Below, one piece after another: positions 28,831 to 38,700 of a stretch of DNA of 64,000 nucleotides (position 1 is the stretch's first letter; each line of letters opens with the position of its first letter). The notes beneath the pieces were generated by a model that saw nothing but the letters and a program-made list of their open reading frames with translations, was not told the DNA's origin and did not search any database. The DNA lies in assembly GCA_023248955.1 (NCBI GenBank), contig JAHFDP010000011.1, positions 6,056 to 70,055 of the forward strand, in the 5' to 3' direction. The position numbers were made by a program, and so were the translations under genes. The stretch is from Deltaproteobacteria bacterium (lineage in GTDB: Bacteria; Myxococcota; Myxococcia; Myxococcales; JAHFDP01).

Positions 28831-29703
28831 TCATGGACGTCGTCGCGGCGTTCTCGGTGCCGCACGCGAAGGACGCACGGTCAGTGCCGGGGCCGCCGTC
28901 GCGGGCTTACGTGCTGGACCGCCCCCAGGTGTCCTCCCATGCCGCCGCGCGGGCATCCGCACCGGCCCCGACCGCACTGCGCCCAAATCATCCTTCTTGA
29001 GCTGCGCCACTTCGCGCGTCTCCAGCCGCCGGATCTCGCCGGGCCGCATTCCGTCGACACCAACCCCCGCATAGTCCACGCGGAACAGTCGCTGCACCGG
29101 ATGGCCCACCGCTTCACACAGGTTTTTCACCATGTGTTTGCGGCCCTCGTTGACGACGATGCGCAGCCAGGTGTTCTTCGGCGTATGGCTGTGCACGGCG
29201 GCCTCGAGTGCCTTGGCGCGGCCATCGACGAGCCGCAGGCCGGACATCATCCGCGCCAGCGATTTCTCATCGGGCTCGCCCTTCACTTTGGCGAGATAGG
29301 TGCGCCGCGCGCCGTAGCGCGGGTGCATCAGCCGGTTGGCCAGCGCGCCGTCGTTGGTCAGAATCACCGCGCCCTCGGCGTCGAAGTCGAGACGGCCCAC
29401 GGGGAAGACGCGCTCTTCGATGTCACCCACGAGATCGTGAACGGTCTTTCGTCCCTCGGGATCGGACATGGTTGTTACGACACTCGGTGGCTTATATAAA
29501 ATATAATATACTTGATCTTCTGCATCCCCGATGAGCTTGCCATCCACCCGAATGAGATCGTGCTTCGGGTCGGCGCGCGCGCCCAACTCGCGCACCACCT
29601 TCGCGTTCACCTCCACGCGGCCCTCGGTGATGAAGGCCTCCGCTTTGCGGCGAGAGGCCAGGCCGGCCTGCGCGAGAATCTTCTGAATGCGAACTTGGGC
29701 CAT
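28831..29703 (-). CDS. rluB: Pseudouridine synthase, RsuA/RluB family, with basic C-terminal tail
   Basis: MAQVRIQKILAQAGLASRRKAEAFITEGRVEVNAKVV (S4 domain) ... YYILYKPPSVVTT...VFPVGRLDFDAEGAVILTNDGALANRLMHP... Confidence 0.9.
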   Translation of the reverse strand: MAQVRIQKILAQAGLASRRKAEAFITEGRVEVNAKVVRELGARADPKHDLIRVDGKLIGDAEDQVYYILYKPPSVVTTMSDPEGRKTVHDLVGDIEERVFPVGRLDFDAEGAVILTNDGALANRLMHPRYGARRTYLAKVKGEPDEKSLARMMSGLRLVDGRAKALEAAVHSHTPKNTWLRIVVNEGRKHMVKNLCEAVGHPVQRLFRVDYAGVGVDGMRPGEIRRLETREVAQLKKDDLGAVRSGPVRMPARRHGRTPGGGPARKPATAAPALTVRPSRAAPRTPRRRP

Positions 29704-29712
29704 TAGGCCTTC

Positions 29713-30627
29713 TTAAGGTTCAACGGGTGGAGGAGCAAGCGGATCGACTGGGGGCGGCGGCGGTGCCAAGGTTTCCGCAGCAGCCTTGGTGTTCACCTCG
29801 GCCTGATGCATGGCGGTTTCTAAGGCAGCCAACGCGGCGTCGGATTCCGCCGCCGTCTCGGCCAGTCGCTCGTCGAGCTTGGTGGCGTTGGCGAGACTCG
29901 CTAGCCCTTCCACACCTTCGGGCGGCGCTTCCTTCTCCACGATCTGCCGGCTCTCCTCGGTGAGCTCGTGGAATTCGCGCAGCGTCGGCAACGATGCCAA
30001 ATCTTTTAGGTGGAACAGCTCGAGAAATTCGCGCGACGTTCCGTAGAGCAGGGGCCGGCCGGGCTCGTCTTTTTTTCCGAGCACACGCAAGAGCCGCCGA
30101 TCCAGAAGCGCTTTGAGCACAGCGCCACAATCGACGCCGCGAATGTCCTCGACTTCGGGCCGCGTGACGGGTTGGCGGTAGGCCACGATGGACAAGGTCT
30201 CCAGCGCCGCGCGGGTGAGTCGCTGCGGACGAACTTGGAGCAGGCGCCGCACATCGTCGCCGTGCGCGGCCGCGGTGCGCAGTTGATACGCGCCACCGAT
30301 CTCCGCCAGCGTGAGCCCTTGCCCCGGCTCTGCGAATCGCGCGACGAGCGCACCAAGCGCGGCCTGCACTTCTTCCATTGGCGCCAACGCGGCAGCGGCG
30401 AGCTGTTCCGCGGTAACCGGCTTTTCCGCGGCGAAGATCAGCGCCTCCACCACGGCCTGCATCTCTTGCGTCGTGCGGACGCGCGGCACCGCTTCCACCG
30501 CGATCGTTTCTGCGACCGTCTCAGCAACAGCTTCGATCGGCGCTTCGGCAGCCGTTTCGGACGCCGCGTCCACCACCTGCGCCAGTGGCGCGGGCGGCAT
30601 CTCCTCGACCTGATCCGAGCCACGCAT
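29713..30627 (-). CDS. scpB: Segregation and condensation protein B
   Basis: ATG at 30627, one nt after the scpA stop. [19 protein letters not shown]...GGAYQLRT...[69 protein letters not shown]. Confidence 0.9.
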   Translation of the reverse strand: [304 protein letters not shown]

Positions 30628-30628
30628 T

Positions 30629-31456
30629 TCAGTTTCGATAGTCAAGGCCAGACTCCAGCGCCGCGGGCGCATTCAAGTTGTCGGTGCCACTCACGTAGAT
30701 TTCGCCGCGCTCGTCGGGCTGATGCACACGCACCAGCTTCAAGCGGCACATTTCCAAGAGCGCCAAGAACGTGGCCACCACCGCCTGTTTTCCCTCTGAA
30801 AAATGAAACAGCGCGGAGAAACGCAGCCGCGGCCCGGCGCGGAGGCGATCGACGATTTCGTGAATGCGATCGGTGATGTTGATGCGATCGACGAACACCT
30901 CGTGCGGGAGCTCGATGTGCGAGGCCTTCAGCATGCGATCGAACGCTTCCACCAGCTTGAAGACGCTGGTCTCCGCAACGACGATGGCATCATTTTCCGG
31001 AGGCGCTTCTTTGCCGCCGCGCACGAAAACGTCGCGTCCAAGTTGCGGCAGGGCACCGAGCTGTACGCCCGCGTCGCGGTACTTTTGGTACATCAAGAGC
31101 CGCCGCACCAACTCCTCGCGCGGGTCGGGCCCCTCTTCGCCGGGCGCGTCGGTCACCGCTTCGCGCGGCAAAAGCAGTTTCGATTTGAGGTGCGCCAGCG
31201 ACGCGGCCATCAGCAAAAATTCGCCGGCGATGTCCAAATTCATCGAGCGCATCAGCTCGAGATATTCAAGATATCGCGCGGTCACCACCGCAATGGGAAT
31301 GTCGAACAGATCGAGCTCGTGCTTCTCGATGAGATGCAAGAGCAGATCGAGCGGCCCTTCGAAAACCGGCAGCGCAATCTGAAAAGGCAGCTCACCTTCG
31401 GGCGTAAAAACGCTCGCCTTGGCCGCGGACTGATCGTTTGTATTGCTTTCGATCAT
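30629..31456 (-). CDS. scpA: Segregation and condensation protein A
   Basis: FEGPLDLLLHLIEKHELDLFDIPIAVVTARYLEYLELMRSMNLDIAGEFLLMAASLAHLKSKLLLP. Typical ScpA. Confidence 0.92.
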   Translation of the reverse strand: MIESNTNDQSAAKASVFTPEGELPFQIALPVFEGPLDLLLHLIEKHELDLFDIPIAVVTARYLEYLELMRSMNLDIAGEFLLMAASLAHLKSKLLLPREAVTDAPGEEGPDPREELVRRLLMYQKYRDAGVQLGALPQLGRDVFVRGGKEAPPENDAIVVAETSVFKLVEAFDRMLKASHIELPHEVFVDRINITDRIHEIVDRLRAGPRLRFSALFHFSEGKQAVVATFLALLEMCRLKLVRVHQPDERGEIYVSGTDNLNAPAALESGLDYRN

Positions 31457-32445
31457 TGCAGTTTCATCGCCTCGCGCACATGTTGGAGCGTCGTCTCGGC
31501 CACTTCGGCCGCGCGCTTGTTGCCCCGCTCGAGAGTGAGCTGCACCAGCTCCGGTTGCTTTTCCAAATCGGCGCGCGCCGCACGGTGTTTTTCAAGCGAC
31601 GGCAAGAGCCCCTCGAGCAGCCACTTTTTGCAATCGACGCAGCCGATGCCCGCGGTGCGGCATTCGCGATCCACCGTAGCCACGCGTTCCGCCGAGGAGT
31701 AGCCCTTGTGCAGATAATAAATGCCGCACACGTCGGGGTTGCCCGGATCCTGGCGTCGAACGCGCGCTGGATCGGTCACCATGCCCATGATTTTTTTTCG
31801 CGCGCTGTCTTCCGCTTCGCCAAGCTCGATGGCGTTGCCGTAGCTCTTGGACATCTTACGGCCGTCGGTGCCGAGCACTTTGGGCGTCGGTGTGACCAGC
31901 GGTTGTGGCTCCACCAAAACCGGTCCGTAGAAGGAGTTGAAGCGCCGTACCACTTCGCGTGCGAGCTCGAGATGGCTCACCTGATCTTGGCCGACCGGCA
32001 CGCGCTGCGCTCCGTAAGCAGCGATGTCCGCGGTTTGCAAAACGGGGTAGCCAAGAAATCCCAGCATGTTGAGATCGCGATCGGCCAACTGCTCTTTCTG
32101 CTCTTTGTAAGTCGGCACGCGCTCCAACCAGCCGAGCGGCGTCACCATTCCCAAGAGGAGAAACAGCTCCGCGTGCTGCTTCACCGCGCTCTGCTTGAAG
32201 AGCGTCACCTTGGCCGGATCGAGTCCCGCCGCGATCCAGTCGGCGATCATCTCGCGCTCGCTCTCGCGAACGATGGAGGCATCGCGGTAGTGCGTGGTCA
32301 GCGCGTGCCAATCGGCGGAGAAGAAAAAGCAGTCGTACGCATCCGAGAGCGCAATCCAATTCTTGAGCGCGCCCTGGTAGTGGCCGAGGTGCATGCGACC
32401 GGTTGGTCGCATACCCGAGACGATACGCGGCGTGGGGGTGGACAC
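31453..32445 (-). CDS. trpS: Tryptophan--tRNA ligase
   Basis: ...PRIVSGMRPTGRMHLGHYQGALKNW...GQDQVSHLELAREVVRRFN...KMSKSYGN. HIGH-like and KMSKS motifs are present. A GTG at 32445 is chosen as the start; a TTG at about 32480 is also possible. Confidence 0.9.
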   Translation of the reverse strand: MSTPTPRIVSGMRPTGRMHLGHYQGALKNWIALSDAYDCFFFSADWHALTTHYRDASIVRESEREMIADWIAAGLDPAKVTLFKQSAVKQHAELFLLLGMVTPLGWLERVPTYKEQKEQLADRDLNMLGFLGYPVLQTADIAAYGAQRVPVGQDQVSHLELAREVVRRFNSFYGPVLVEPQPLVTPTPKVLGTDGRKMSKSYGNAIELGEAEDSARKKIMGMVTDPARVRRQDPGNPDVCGIYYLHKGYSSAERVATVDRECRTAGIGCVDCKKWLLEGLLPSLEKHRAARADLEKQPELVQLTLERGNKRAAEVAETTLQHVREAMKLQ

Positions 32446-32477
32446 GACGGAAGGGGTAGCGGAGCTAGCGACCAGTG

Positions 32478-32945
32478 TCAAAAAGCCTCCGGGTGGTGCG
32501 ACAAACCGATGCGGTTGCCTTCGGGATCTTGCACGTAGAGCGTGAATGCCGAACGGTGCACGACGAGAACACCGTGCGCGACGAGGTGCGTTTCCCAGCG
32601 CGCGCGATCGTCGGGCGTGATGCGCAGCGCGAGAAGATGCAGGCCTGGCGCGGGCGAGCGAAACGGTGGTGACGGCGCGGTGCCGTCGCATCGCTCGAGC
32701 GCCAAAAACATAGTCGGCTCGCCACCGAGCGAGAGCCAGACGGAACGCGGCGCGCCCTGATCATCGTCCCATCTTTTCAAAATACTGAGACCCAAGACAT
32801 CACTGTAAAAGGCCTCAACGCGCGCCAGATCGGAAACCTGAATCGCCAGGTGATGTACGCCAGTGGACGGGCTCGGCACCAAGCGCAGGACTTTACCATC
32901 GCGACCTGTTTTGTGAGTGGCGAACGGCCGCGCCTTGCCTTGCAC
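32478..32945 (-). CDS. VOC/glyoxalase-family protein
   Basis: GVHHLAIQVSDLARVEAFYSDVLGLSILKRW...HLLALRITPDDRARWETHLVAHGV...LYVQDPEGNRIGLS. Start uncertain. Confidence 0.75.
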   Translation of the reverse strand: MQGKARPFATHKTGRDGKVLRLVPSPSTGVHHLAIQVSDLARVEAFYSDVLGLSILKRWDDDQGAPRSVWLSLGGEPTMFLALERCDGTAPSPPFRSPAPGLHLLALRITPDDRARWETHLVAHGVLVVHRSAFTLYVQDPEGNRIGLSHHPEAF

Positions 32946-32999
32946 CGAGGTAGGAAATCCCGTAAGGCCAGCGCTCTTTCGTCTCTCCCGGAGTTCCCC

Positions 33000-34913
33000 T
33001 TGCAGCTACGCGAACGCATTCGCAACATCGCCATCGTGGCCCACGTCGACCACGGGAAGACCACGCTCGTCGACCACCTGCTGCGCCAGTCCGGCGTCTA
33101 CCGCGCCAACGAAGCGATGGTGGAGCGCGTGATGGACTCCAACGATCTCGAGCGGGAAAAAGGCATCACCATCATGGCCAAGAACGCGGCCATCGTTTAC
33201 CGCGGCGTGAAGATCAACATCGTCGACACGCCTGGCCACTCCGACTTTGGCGGCGAAGTGGAACGCGGACTGCGCCTCGTCGACGGCGTGTTGCTCCTCG
33301 TGGATGCCGCGGAAGGACCGCTTCCGCAAACGCGTTTCGTGCTCGGCAAAGCGATGAAGCTCGGCCTGCCGAGCGTCGTTGTCGTCAACAAAGTCGATCG
33401 CAAAGACGCTCGCCCCGCCGAAGTTCTCGACGCCGTTTACTCGCTCTACATCGACCTTGGCGCCAACGAACATCAGATCGAATTTCCGGTCGTCTACGCC
33501 GTGGCCCGCGCAGGACGTGCGAGTTTGCACCTCGCCGATTTCGACGATCTGCCGGTTGGCCAAGAAGCCGCGCCGGGCGCCGCACCGCGCAAGGGCGAAG
33601 TTCCGGGATCGCGCGCCAAATCTCTTGAATGTCTTTTTGACGTCATCCTCGAGCGCATCCCACCGCCGCGCGAAGCCGTCAGCGGGCACGAGCATTTCCA
33701 AATGCTGGTCGGCAACCTCGACTACGACGACTACGTCGGCCGCTTGGCCATCGGTCGCATCACCGCCGGCACCGTGGCGCCGGGCAGCAACGTGGTGGTG
33801 TGCAAAGATCACGGCGCACTCATGAAGGGAAAAGTCGTCAAGGTCTTCGCCTTCGAGGGCGTCAAGCGCGTGGAAGTCGAATCGGCGGGACCGGGCGAAA
33901 TCGTCAGCCTCGCCGGCATCGAAGATCTCACCATCGGCGACACGCTCTGCGATCCGGAACATCCCGCGCCGCTCGAACGCATCCACGTCGACGAGCCGAC
34001 GATGTCGATGATCTTCCGCGTCAACGACGGCCCCTTCGCAGGACGTGAAGGCCAGTACGTCACCAGCCGTGTGTTGCGCGAACGGCTCTATAAAGAGAGC
34101 TACCGCAACGTTTCGATTCGCGTGGAAGACACCGACGTGCCCGATGCGTTTCGCGTAATCGGCCGCGGTGAATTGCAGTTGGCGGTCATCCTCGAAACGA
34201 TGCGCCGCGAAGGGTACGAGCTCACGGCCTCGAATCCGGTGCCGGTGACCAAGATGGTGGACGGCGAGGAGCACGAGCCGATGGAGCTCATGGTCTGCGA
34301 CGTGCCCGACAATACCGTTGGCGCAGTCACCGAAGCACTCGGACCGCGCAAAGGCCGCATGGTGCATATGGAGACAATCGGCTCGGGCCGCGCGCGCCTT
34401 AACTTCCGCGTGCCCGCGCGTGGGTTGATCGGATTTCGCAGCGAGTTCCTGACCTCGACGCGTGGCGAAGGCATCATGTCCACGCAGTTCGACGGTTACG
34501 CGGCCTGGACCGGTGCGATTCCCAAGCGCATCAACGGCGCGCTGATTTCGGATCGCGAAGGCGAGACCGTGGCCTACGGACTTTTCTCGTTGCAGGAACG
34601 CGGCGCGCTCTTCTTCGGCGCGGGCACTAAAGTGTACGAGGGGATGATCGTCGGCGAGCACAGCCACACCAACGATCTCGACGTCAACGCCACGCGCGCT
34701 CGCAAGCTCACCAACATCCGCTCCGCGGGACGCGATGAGAACGTGATCCTCACGCCGGCGCGCGTGCTGTCGCTCGAGCAAGCACTGGCGTGGATCAACG
34801 AAGATGAGCTCGTTGAGGTAACGCCGAAATCGATTCGGCTGCGCAAGAGGCAGCTGGCCGCGGGGCAGCGGTATCGCGATGGACGTGCGCAAAAGCGGGA
34901 TGCGATGAGCTGA
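33000..34913 (+). CDS. typA: Translational GTPase TypA/BipA
   Basis: A TTG at 33000 is preceded by [39 protein letters not shown]...[17 protein letters not shown]... Collinear with BipA. The ORF-track start at 32850 overlaps the divergent VOC gene. Confidence 0.92.
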   Translation: MQLRERIRNIAIVAHVDHGKTTLVDHLLRQSGVYRANEAMVERVMDSNDLEREKGITIMAKNAAIVYRGVKINIVDTPGHSDFGGEVERGLRLVDGVLLLVDAAEGPLPQTRFVLGKAMKLGLPSVVVVNKVDRKDARPAEVLDAVYSLYIDLGANEHQIEFPVVYAVARAGRASLHLADFDDLPVGQEAAPGAAPRKGEVPGSRAKSLECLFDVILERIPPPREAVSGHEHFQMLVGNLDYDDYVGRLAIGRITAGTVAPGSNVVVCKDHGALMKGKVVKVFAFEGVKRVEVESAGPGEIVSLAGIEDLTIGDTLCDPEHPAPLERIHVDEPTMSMIFRVNDGPFAGREGQYVTSRVLRERLYKESYRNVSIRVEDTDVPDAFRVIGRGELQLAVILETMRREGYELTASNPVPVTKMVDGEEHEPMELMVCDVPDNTVGAVTEALGPRKGRMVHMETIGSGRARLNFRVPARGLIGFRSEFLTSTRGEGIMSTQFDGYAAWTGAIPKRINGALISDREGETVAYGLFSLQERGALFFGAGTKVYEGMIVGEHSHTNDLDVNATRARKLTNIRSAGRDENVILTPARVLSLEQALAWINEDELVEVTPKSIRLRKRQLAAGQRYRDGRAQKRDAMS

Positions 34914-35027
34914 GATTCATGTAGTCCGTCATGGCCGGGCTTGACCCGGCCATCCACGAAGATTTCGATGCACGTGGATGGCCGGCTCTTCGGCCGGCCA
35001 TGACGACTGGTCTGCCGGACTGAACGG
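34914..35027. repeat. REP/MITE-like element, family 1
   Basis: Contains the exact 32-mer CGTCATGGCCGGGCTTGACCCGGCCATCCACG, an internal inverted copy (GTGGATGGCCGG..CCGGCCATGACG) and the right end ACTGAACGG. Translates as MDGRVKPGHDG in one shadow ORF. Confidence 0.8.
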
Positions 35028-35053
35028 TTACAAATTCATCAGCGCGATATTCG

Positions 35054-35308
35054 CTACTTCAAAGTCAGCGCCACCTGCGTGGCCTGCACACCGGACGGCG
35101 CGGACCCCACGACGGTAAACGAGACCGAGCCGCGAACGCTCGGGTCGACAGTCAACGTGAGCGTTGAAGTCCTCGATGCGTTAACAATCGGCGGGTCAAA
35201 CGTTCCAACCAAGCCCGGCGGCAAGCCCAGCGCGTAAAGCGTGATCGGATCCGTCGTCTGGCTGTCCACGGCGACCGCGAAATTGAGCGTGTTGCCCGAC
35301 CCCGTCAC
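35054..35308 (-). pseudogene. Displaced third Ig-like module of the 35196..36812 lipoprotein (different frame)
   Basis: (ASSTLFSLSIPSQS)VTGSGNTLNFAVAVDSQTTDPITLYALGLPPGLVGTFDPPIVNASRTSTLTLTVDPSVRGSVSFTVVGSAPSGVQATQVALTLK has the same pattern as the two upstream modules. This frame is open back to about 35352. Confidence 0.7.
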
Positions 35309-36812
35309 GCTCTGCGACGGAATCGAGAGCGAGAAGAGCGTCGAGCTGGCTTTGGCCTTCCACAGTCAATGCGATCGACGTCTGGTAAGCCGCCACGCCG
35401 TTGTTCGCCACGATATTGAATACCGTACTCACCGACGGAAGAATGTTGGTCGACCGCAGCGTGAGCGTGAACGAGTCGCCCGCCTTGACGGTCGCCGGGA
35501 AAGTCGCCGTCACACCCGGCGGGAGTCCATCGACCGTGGGCGTGAGCGGTGACGTCGCGTCGGGCGGCACGCTTACGATCACATCGACAGAACTTCCGGA
35601 GCTCAGGTTCAGCGAGGTGACCGACGGCGTCAGTGAAGGTGCGCTCGGCGACGGGGGACCGCTTGGATCGGGCTGTCCGCCGCCGTTCGCGGGCGTCGCT
35701 CCGCTAATATTGAGTGTACTATTTTCTTTGTGCATCGCCGAAGGCGACGTCGCGACCAGCGTGAGCTTCGCGATCGCTGGCGCATCGGGCCCGAACGTCA
35801 GCGTCAACGTCGAGCTGCCACCCGTGGTGACCATCGTCGGCTGGAAAGCGGCGGTCATGCCATCCGGGAGGTCAGGAATACTAAGTGTAATACTCTCAAA
35901 ATAACCACGAGTGAGCACGGTGTCAATGGCAAACACGGCGCGCCCCGGCGACGACGGCGTATCGCTCAGCATGAGGGCGAAATCGTTGATCGCCTTCCCC
36001 GAGACGACACACGCGCCAACCTTGTTCGACCAGTTCGCTTGCACCGTGAAGGTTCCTTCGACACCGCTTATGAAGCCGCGCGTTCCGTTGCAGATGTCCC
36101 CGACCTCGCCATACGTGTCGTCGTTCCAAGCGAGATTCGGCACGTTCGCCGGATCAGTGACACCTTCGATTAGCTCGTGCGAGCTCACCGCGCAGATGTT
36201 CTCAAACGCCGTTCCCTCTCCGCAGAGCTTGTCGCAACCACTGCCGGGCGCGTAGTCCGGAATCAAGAGGCAGTAGACGGGATCTCCCTTCTTCGTCGCC
36301 GCCGCTCCGTGCAAGCCGCAAAACGACTGACACGACGTCAGCGGCCCGAAGCTCACGGTAACGCCGGGAGGCAAGAACACCGCGTAGAACGAGTTGGCGT
36401 TTGGTGCGGGTAGCGTCCCCGTCGCAATCTGCGCAACGACCTCCGCCCCGATGTCCCTCGTCACCAGCGCCGCGCCCTTGTTGGCCGGCGTTATCAAGCT
36501 CGCCCCGGTGAACTTTCCGCGACCGATGCTCTGCGTGGGCGTGTCGTATTCGCTGAGCCAATCAAACGGCGCCCCAGTGAGCGTCCGAAAAAAAGCGCCC
36601 ATCTGGGCGGTCACTGTCGTGTCAACCCGCCGGCCCCAGAAAACCGCGTGCACCTCGACGTTCGAAAGGACCGGGCCTCCGTTGTAGGCAACATCGCGCG
36701 GCGGCTTCACGAACGTCTCTCGCGACTTGATCTGGTCCGAATTCTGGTCCGTGCGTGTGCAGGCACCGATCGAGTTCAACACGACGAGAACGATCAGCGG
36801 CGAGTGGCGCAT
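35196..36812 (-). CDS. Secreted lipoprotein: Cys-rich N-domain with SHELIEGVTDP motif plus Ig-like modules; frameshifted near 35340-35355
   Basis: MRHSPLIVLVVLNSIGACTR (lipobox). YNGGPVLSNVEVHAVFWG...SCQSFCGLHG...AVSSHELIEGVTDPANVPNLAWNDD. Two modules end in ..STLTLTFGP.. and ..SFTLTLRS.. The text after IALTVEG becomes junk (QSQLDALLALDSVAERDGVGQHAQFRGRRGQ...). Confidence 0.75.
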   Translation of the reverse strand: MRHSPLIVLVVLNSIGACTRTDQNSDQIKSRETFVKPPRDVAYNGGPVLSNVEVHAVFWGRRVDTTVTAQMGAFFRTLTGAPFDWLSEYDTPTQSIGRGKFTGASLITPANKGAALVTRDIGAEVVAQIATGTLPAPNANSFYAVFLPPGVTVSFGPLTSCQSFCGLHGAAATKKGDPVYCLLIPDYAPGSGCDKLCGEGTAFENICAVSSHELIEGVTDPANVPNLAWNDDTYGEVGDICNGTRGFISGVEGTFTVQANWSNKVGACVVSGKAINDFALMLSDTPSSPGRAVFAIDTVLTRGYFESITLSIPDLPDGMTAAFQPTMVTTGGSSTLTLTFGPDAPAIAKLTLVATSPSAMHKENSTLNISGATPANGGGQPDPSGPPSPSAPSLTPSVTSLNLSSGSSVDVIVSVPPDATSPLTPTVDGLPPGVTATFPATVKAGDSFTLTLRSTNILPSVSTVFNIVANNGVAAYQTSIALTVEGQSQLDALLALDSVAERDGVGQHAQFRGRRGQPDDGSDHALRAGLAAGLGWNV

Positions 36813-36985
36813 GCAATCCCCCGCGGGCGAAACACCAGGGCGGAACTTTGCGCGCGAACGAAATACGGATTCAACGCGCGGCGCGCTGCAAACACCAGTC
36901 GGGTTTGATTTCCAACGGCGCGGCTGTTGTGCAGCGCAATTTCGAGCAGGTGATGTCGCGTGGTGAACGGCGGGAACGCGGCCGC

Positions 36986-37765
36986 CTAACGACCGATGTA
37001 CTTTGGCTTTCGCTTTTCTGCGAACGCCGCCAGGCCTTCGAGGCGATCGGCGGTGGCGAGCAAAGGTTCGTAAGCCACGTGCTCACGGTCGAGCGCCGTC
37101 TCGAGATCGCAGTCCCACCCTTCGCGCAAAGACGCCTTCGCTTCGGCTACGGCGACGGGCGCATTGGCGGCGATCTCTTCCGCCAGCGCCAACGCTTCCG
37201 CCAAACTTTCACGCGGCGGCGCGAGCCGATTGACCAAGCCCATCGCCAAAGCCTCCGCGGCGGAAACGCGCCGGCCAGTCAGAATCAGATCGCGCGCGCG
37301 GCCGAGACCGACCACGCGGGCAAGACGAACCGTCCCTCCCGCACCCGGCAAAATGCCAAGTTTCACTTCTGGAAGCCCGAGTTGCGCCGCTGGGTCCGCG
37401 ACGCGCAGATCACACGCCAACGCCAACTCGCAGCCACCGCCCATCGCCGCACCGTTGATGGCCGCGACGTACACCCTGCGCGATCGCTCGATGGCGAGGA
37501 ACACGCGTTTCAGATCGGCAAGCCACACGCGCACTTGCGCCACATCCATCGCCTGACGTTCGCGAAGATCCGCGCCTGCGCAAAACGCTATCGGGCCAGA
37601 ACCCGTGATGATCACCACGCGCACATCCGCGTCCGCTTCGAGTGCGCGCACGTGCGTTTCGAGCTCATCCAACATGGTGCGGCGAAGCGTGTTGAGCCGC
37701 GCTTCGCCGTTGATGCGCAGCACACGTACGTGCGAGCCCCTCGACTCGAGCAGAAATTCGGTCAT
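36986..37765 (-). CDS. Enoyl-CoA hydratase/isomerase family (methylglutaconyl-CoA hydratase-like by context)
   Basis: ATG 37765 (ATGA overlap). VRVVIITGSGPIAFCAGADLRER...AAINGAAMGGGCELALACDLRVA...LGLPEVKLGILPGAGGTVRLARVVG. Confidence 0.88.
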   Translation of the reverse strand: MTEFLLESRGSHVRVLRINGEARLNTLRRTMLDELETHVRALEADADVRVVIITGSGPIAFCAGADLRERQAMDVAQVRVWLADLKRVFLAIERSRRVYVAAINGAAMGGGCELALACDLRVADPAAQLGLPEVKLGILPGAGGTVRLARVVGLGRARDLILTGRRVSAAEALAMGLVNRLAPPRESLAEALALAEEIAANAPVAVAEAKASLREGWDCDLETALDREHVAYEPLLATADRLEGLAAFAEKRKPKYIGR

Positions 37766-38700
37766 GCCTTTTCCTTCGCGGCCAACGCGGCTTTCAGGTA
37801 GCGACCCGGTAGTGAGTGGCCAACCAAGGATTGCGCCAGCCGTCCCGCGTCCACGAGCTTGTCCAAATCGATGCCCGTCTCGATTCCCAGCCCGTGCAGG
37901 AGATAGACGAGATCTTCGGTGGCCAAATTTCCCGCTGCGCCCGGGGCGTAAGGACAACCGCCGAGACCGCCGACCGAGGCATCGAACGTGGTGATGCCGA
38001 ATTGCAGACCGACCAGGGCGTTGGAGAGCGCGGTACCGCGCGTGTCGTGCAGATGCAGCGCCAACGCTTCCGGCGCGAAATGCGGCAAGAACATTTCGAG
38101 GATGCGCGCGGTTTGCAACGGCGTACCGACACCGATCGTATCGCCGAGCGAAATCTGTTCGGCGCCACGCCCAGCAAGCTCGCGCGCGATCGCGAGCACA
38201 TGCTGCGGATCGACTTTTCCCTCGTACGGACAACCCCACACCGTGCTGATATAGGCGCGCACGCTGATCCCCGCTTGGCGCGCCGCGGGGATTAGCGTGC
38301 GAAACTCGGCGAGCGATTCAGCGACGCTACGGTTGATATTTTTCTTGTTGTGCGTTTCCGACGCCGAGAGCACCACCGCGACTTCAGCAAGTTTCGCCGC
38401 CTGCGCGCGCAGAAGTCCGTGCTGATTCGGAATGAGCGCCACGAATCGCGTTCCCGCTCGAGGAGAAATTTGTGCGGCGAGCACATCGGCATCCGCCAAC
38501 GGTGCGATGCGATCGGGTCGCATGAACGAAGTAATTTCGATTCGAGAAAGTCCCGCCGCGGCCAGCGCCTCGATCAGCGCCACCTTTCCCGCCGTCGGCA
38601 CCACGGTCGATTCGTTTTGCAATCCATCGCGCGGACCGACTTCGTAAACGGTCACCCGCTTGGGCAAGCGCCCAAAGTTCGCCGGAACCGCCGGAGTCAT
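37762..38700 (-). CDS. Hydroxymethylglutaryl-CoA lyase
   Basis: [16 protein letters not shown]...EITSF...[58 protein letters not shown]. Typical HMGL. Confidence 0.92.
   Translation of the reverse strand: MTPAVPANFGRLPKRVTVYEVGPRDGLQNESTVVPTAGKVALIEALAAAGLSRIEITSFMRPDRIAPLADADVLAAQISPRAGTRFVALIPNQHGLLRAQAAKLAEVAVVLSASETHNKKNINRSVAESLAEFRTLIPAARQAGISVRAYISTVWGCPYEGKVDPQHVLAIARELAGRGAEQISLGDTIGVGTPLQTARILEMFLPHFAPEALALHLHDTRGTALSNALVGLQFGITTFDASVGGLGGCPYAPGAAGNLATEDLVYLLHGLGIETGIDLDKLVDAGRLAQSLVGHSLPGRYLKAALAAKEKA

Noticed and set aside
33006-34892. Very long antisense ORFs (for example 33006-34892 minus, 5009-6031 plus, 39793-40860 plus, 42455-43588 plus, 7143-8270 plus, 26897-27862 plus)
   Set aside because: They lie opposite strongly supported genes (typA, tuf, mutase, ACAD, rlmB, HEAT). 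Their translations are Arg/Ala/Gly/His-rich with no motifs, and open antisense frames are expected in GC-rich DNA.
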